Below, piece by piece: positions 33,154-33,265 of a DNA stretch of 33,265 nucleotides. The DNA is from a virus (lineage: Duplodnaviria > Caudoviricetes): positions 1 through 33,265 of the IMG/VR virus record IMGVR_UViG_3300031519_000114; one strand, 5' to 3'. A program made the translations under genes and the position numbers. Within the stretch, counting starts at the first letter, position 1, and each line of letters starts with the position of its first letter. The notes beneath the pieces are model-generated. The model searched no databases and was not told the DNA's origin. It was given only the letters and a program-made list of their open reading frames with translations.

Positions 33154-33265
33154 ACTTTTTCTGCCTCCTGTTTTATGTTAATATCCCAAGCAAATGGATT
33201 GGGGTCGGTATTTAAAGGAGTAATTTTAATTGCTTCCTCTAAATTGTTATTACACTTTATAATAT
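33135..33265 (-). CDS. C-terminal fragment of a gene running in from beyond the window (possibly the partner exonuclease)
   Basis: Open frame ...IIKCNNNLEEAIKITPLNTDPNPFAWDINIKQEAEKVWQKYQ*; the exonuclease guess rests on position only. Confidence 0.45.
   Translation of the reverse strand, partial: IIKCNNNLEEAIKITPLNTDPNPFAWDINIKQEAEKVWQKYQ

Larger units (their letters stand above)
1..33265. mobile_element. Siphovirus-type tailed phage genome segment (HK97-fold head, GTA-like tail module, lysis and early recombination genes)
   Basis: Canonical order terminase-portal-protease-capsid-neck-tail tube-chaperones-tape measure-tail tip-fibres-lysis. No sheath gene and no host housekeeping genes. 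Confidence 0.97.

Noticed and set aside
1-33265. tRNA, CRISPR array, integrase/att site, intron or intein
   Set aside because: No cloverleaf or T-loop consensus, no regularly spaced repeats, no recombinase, and no interrupted core genes or intein terminal motifs were seen by eye; lifestyle cannot be determined from this window.

Overview
AT-rich (roughly 30% GC by eye) fragment of a tailed dsDNA phage with a long non-contractile tail. The + strand (1-29071) holds a complete HK97/RcGTA-like morphogenesis operon: partial terminase large subunit, portal, MuF-like head protein, prohead protease, major capsid, neck genes, tail tube, a tail chaperone pair joined by a -1 frameshift, tape measure, tail tip proteins and four fibre/receptor-binding genes. 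After these come a glycosyltransferase, a lysis cluster (M15 peptidase, holin candidates) and accessory enzymes (cupin, metallophosphoesterase, HEXXH protein). A convergent - strand early region (29060-33265) encodes a Rad52/Sak-like annealase, an SSB-like protein and several unknowns. Low GC, the GTA-like tail block and small-gene families I associate from memory with marine pelagiphages suggest a low-GC marine alphaproteobacterial host; this is inference. No tRNA, rRNA, CRISPR array, integrase or reverse transcriptase was seen. The most unusual features are: (1) extra domains fused to the portal and prohead protease, (2) an eight-gene membrane/secreted/Cys-rich cassette, including a metallothionein-like peptide, splitting the tail-tip genes, (3) a repeated early promoter with a covarying 17-bp perfect palindrome plus repeated RBS leaders, and (4) a non-terminator GNRA-type stem-loop in the head operon. 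Family names come from motif recognition, not database searches.
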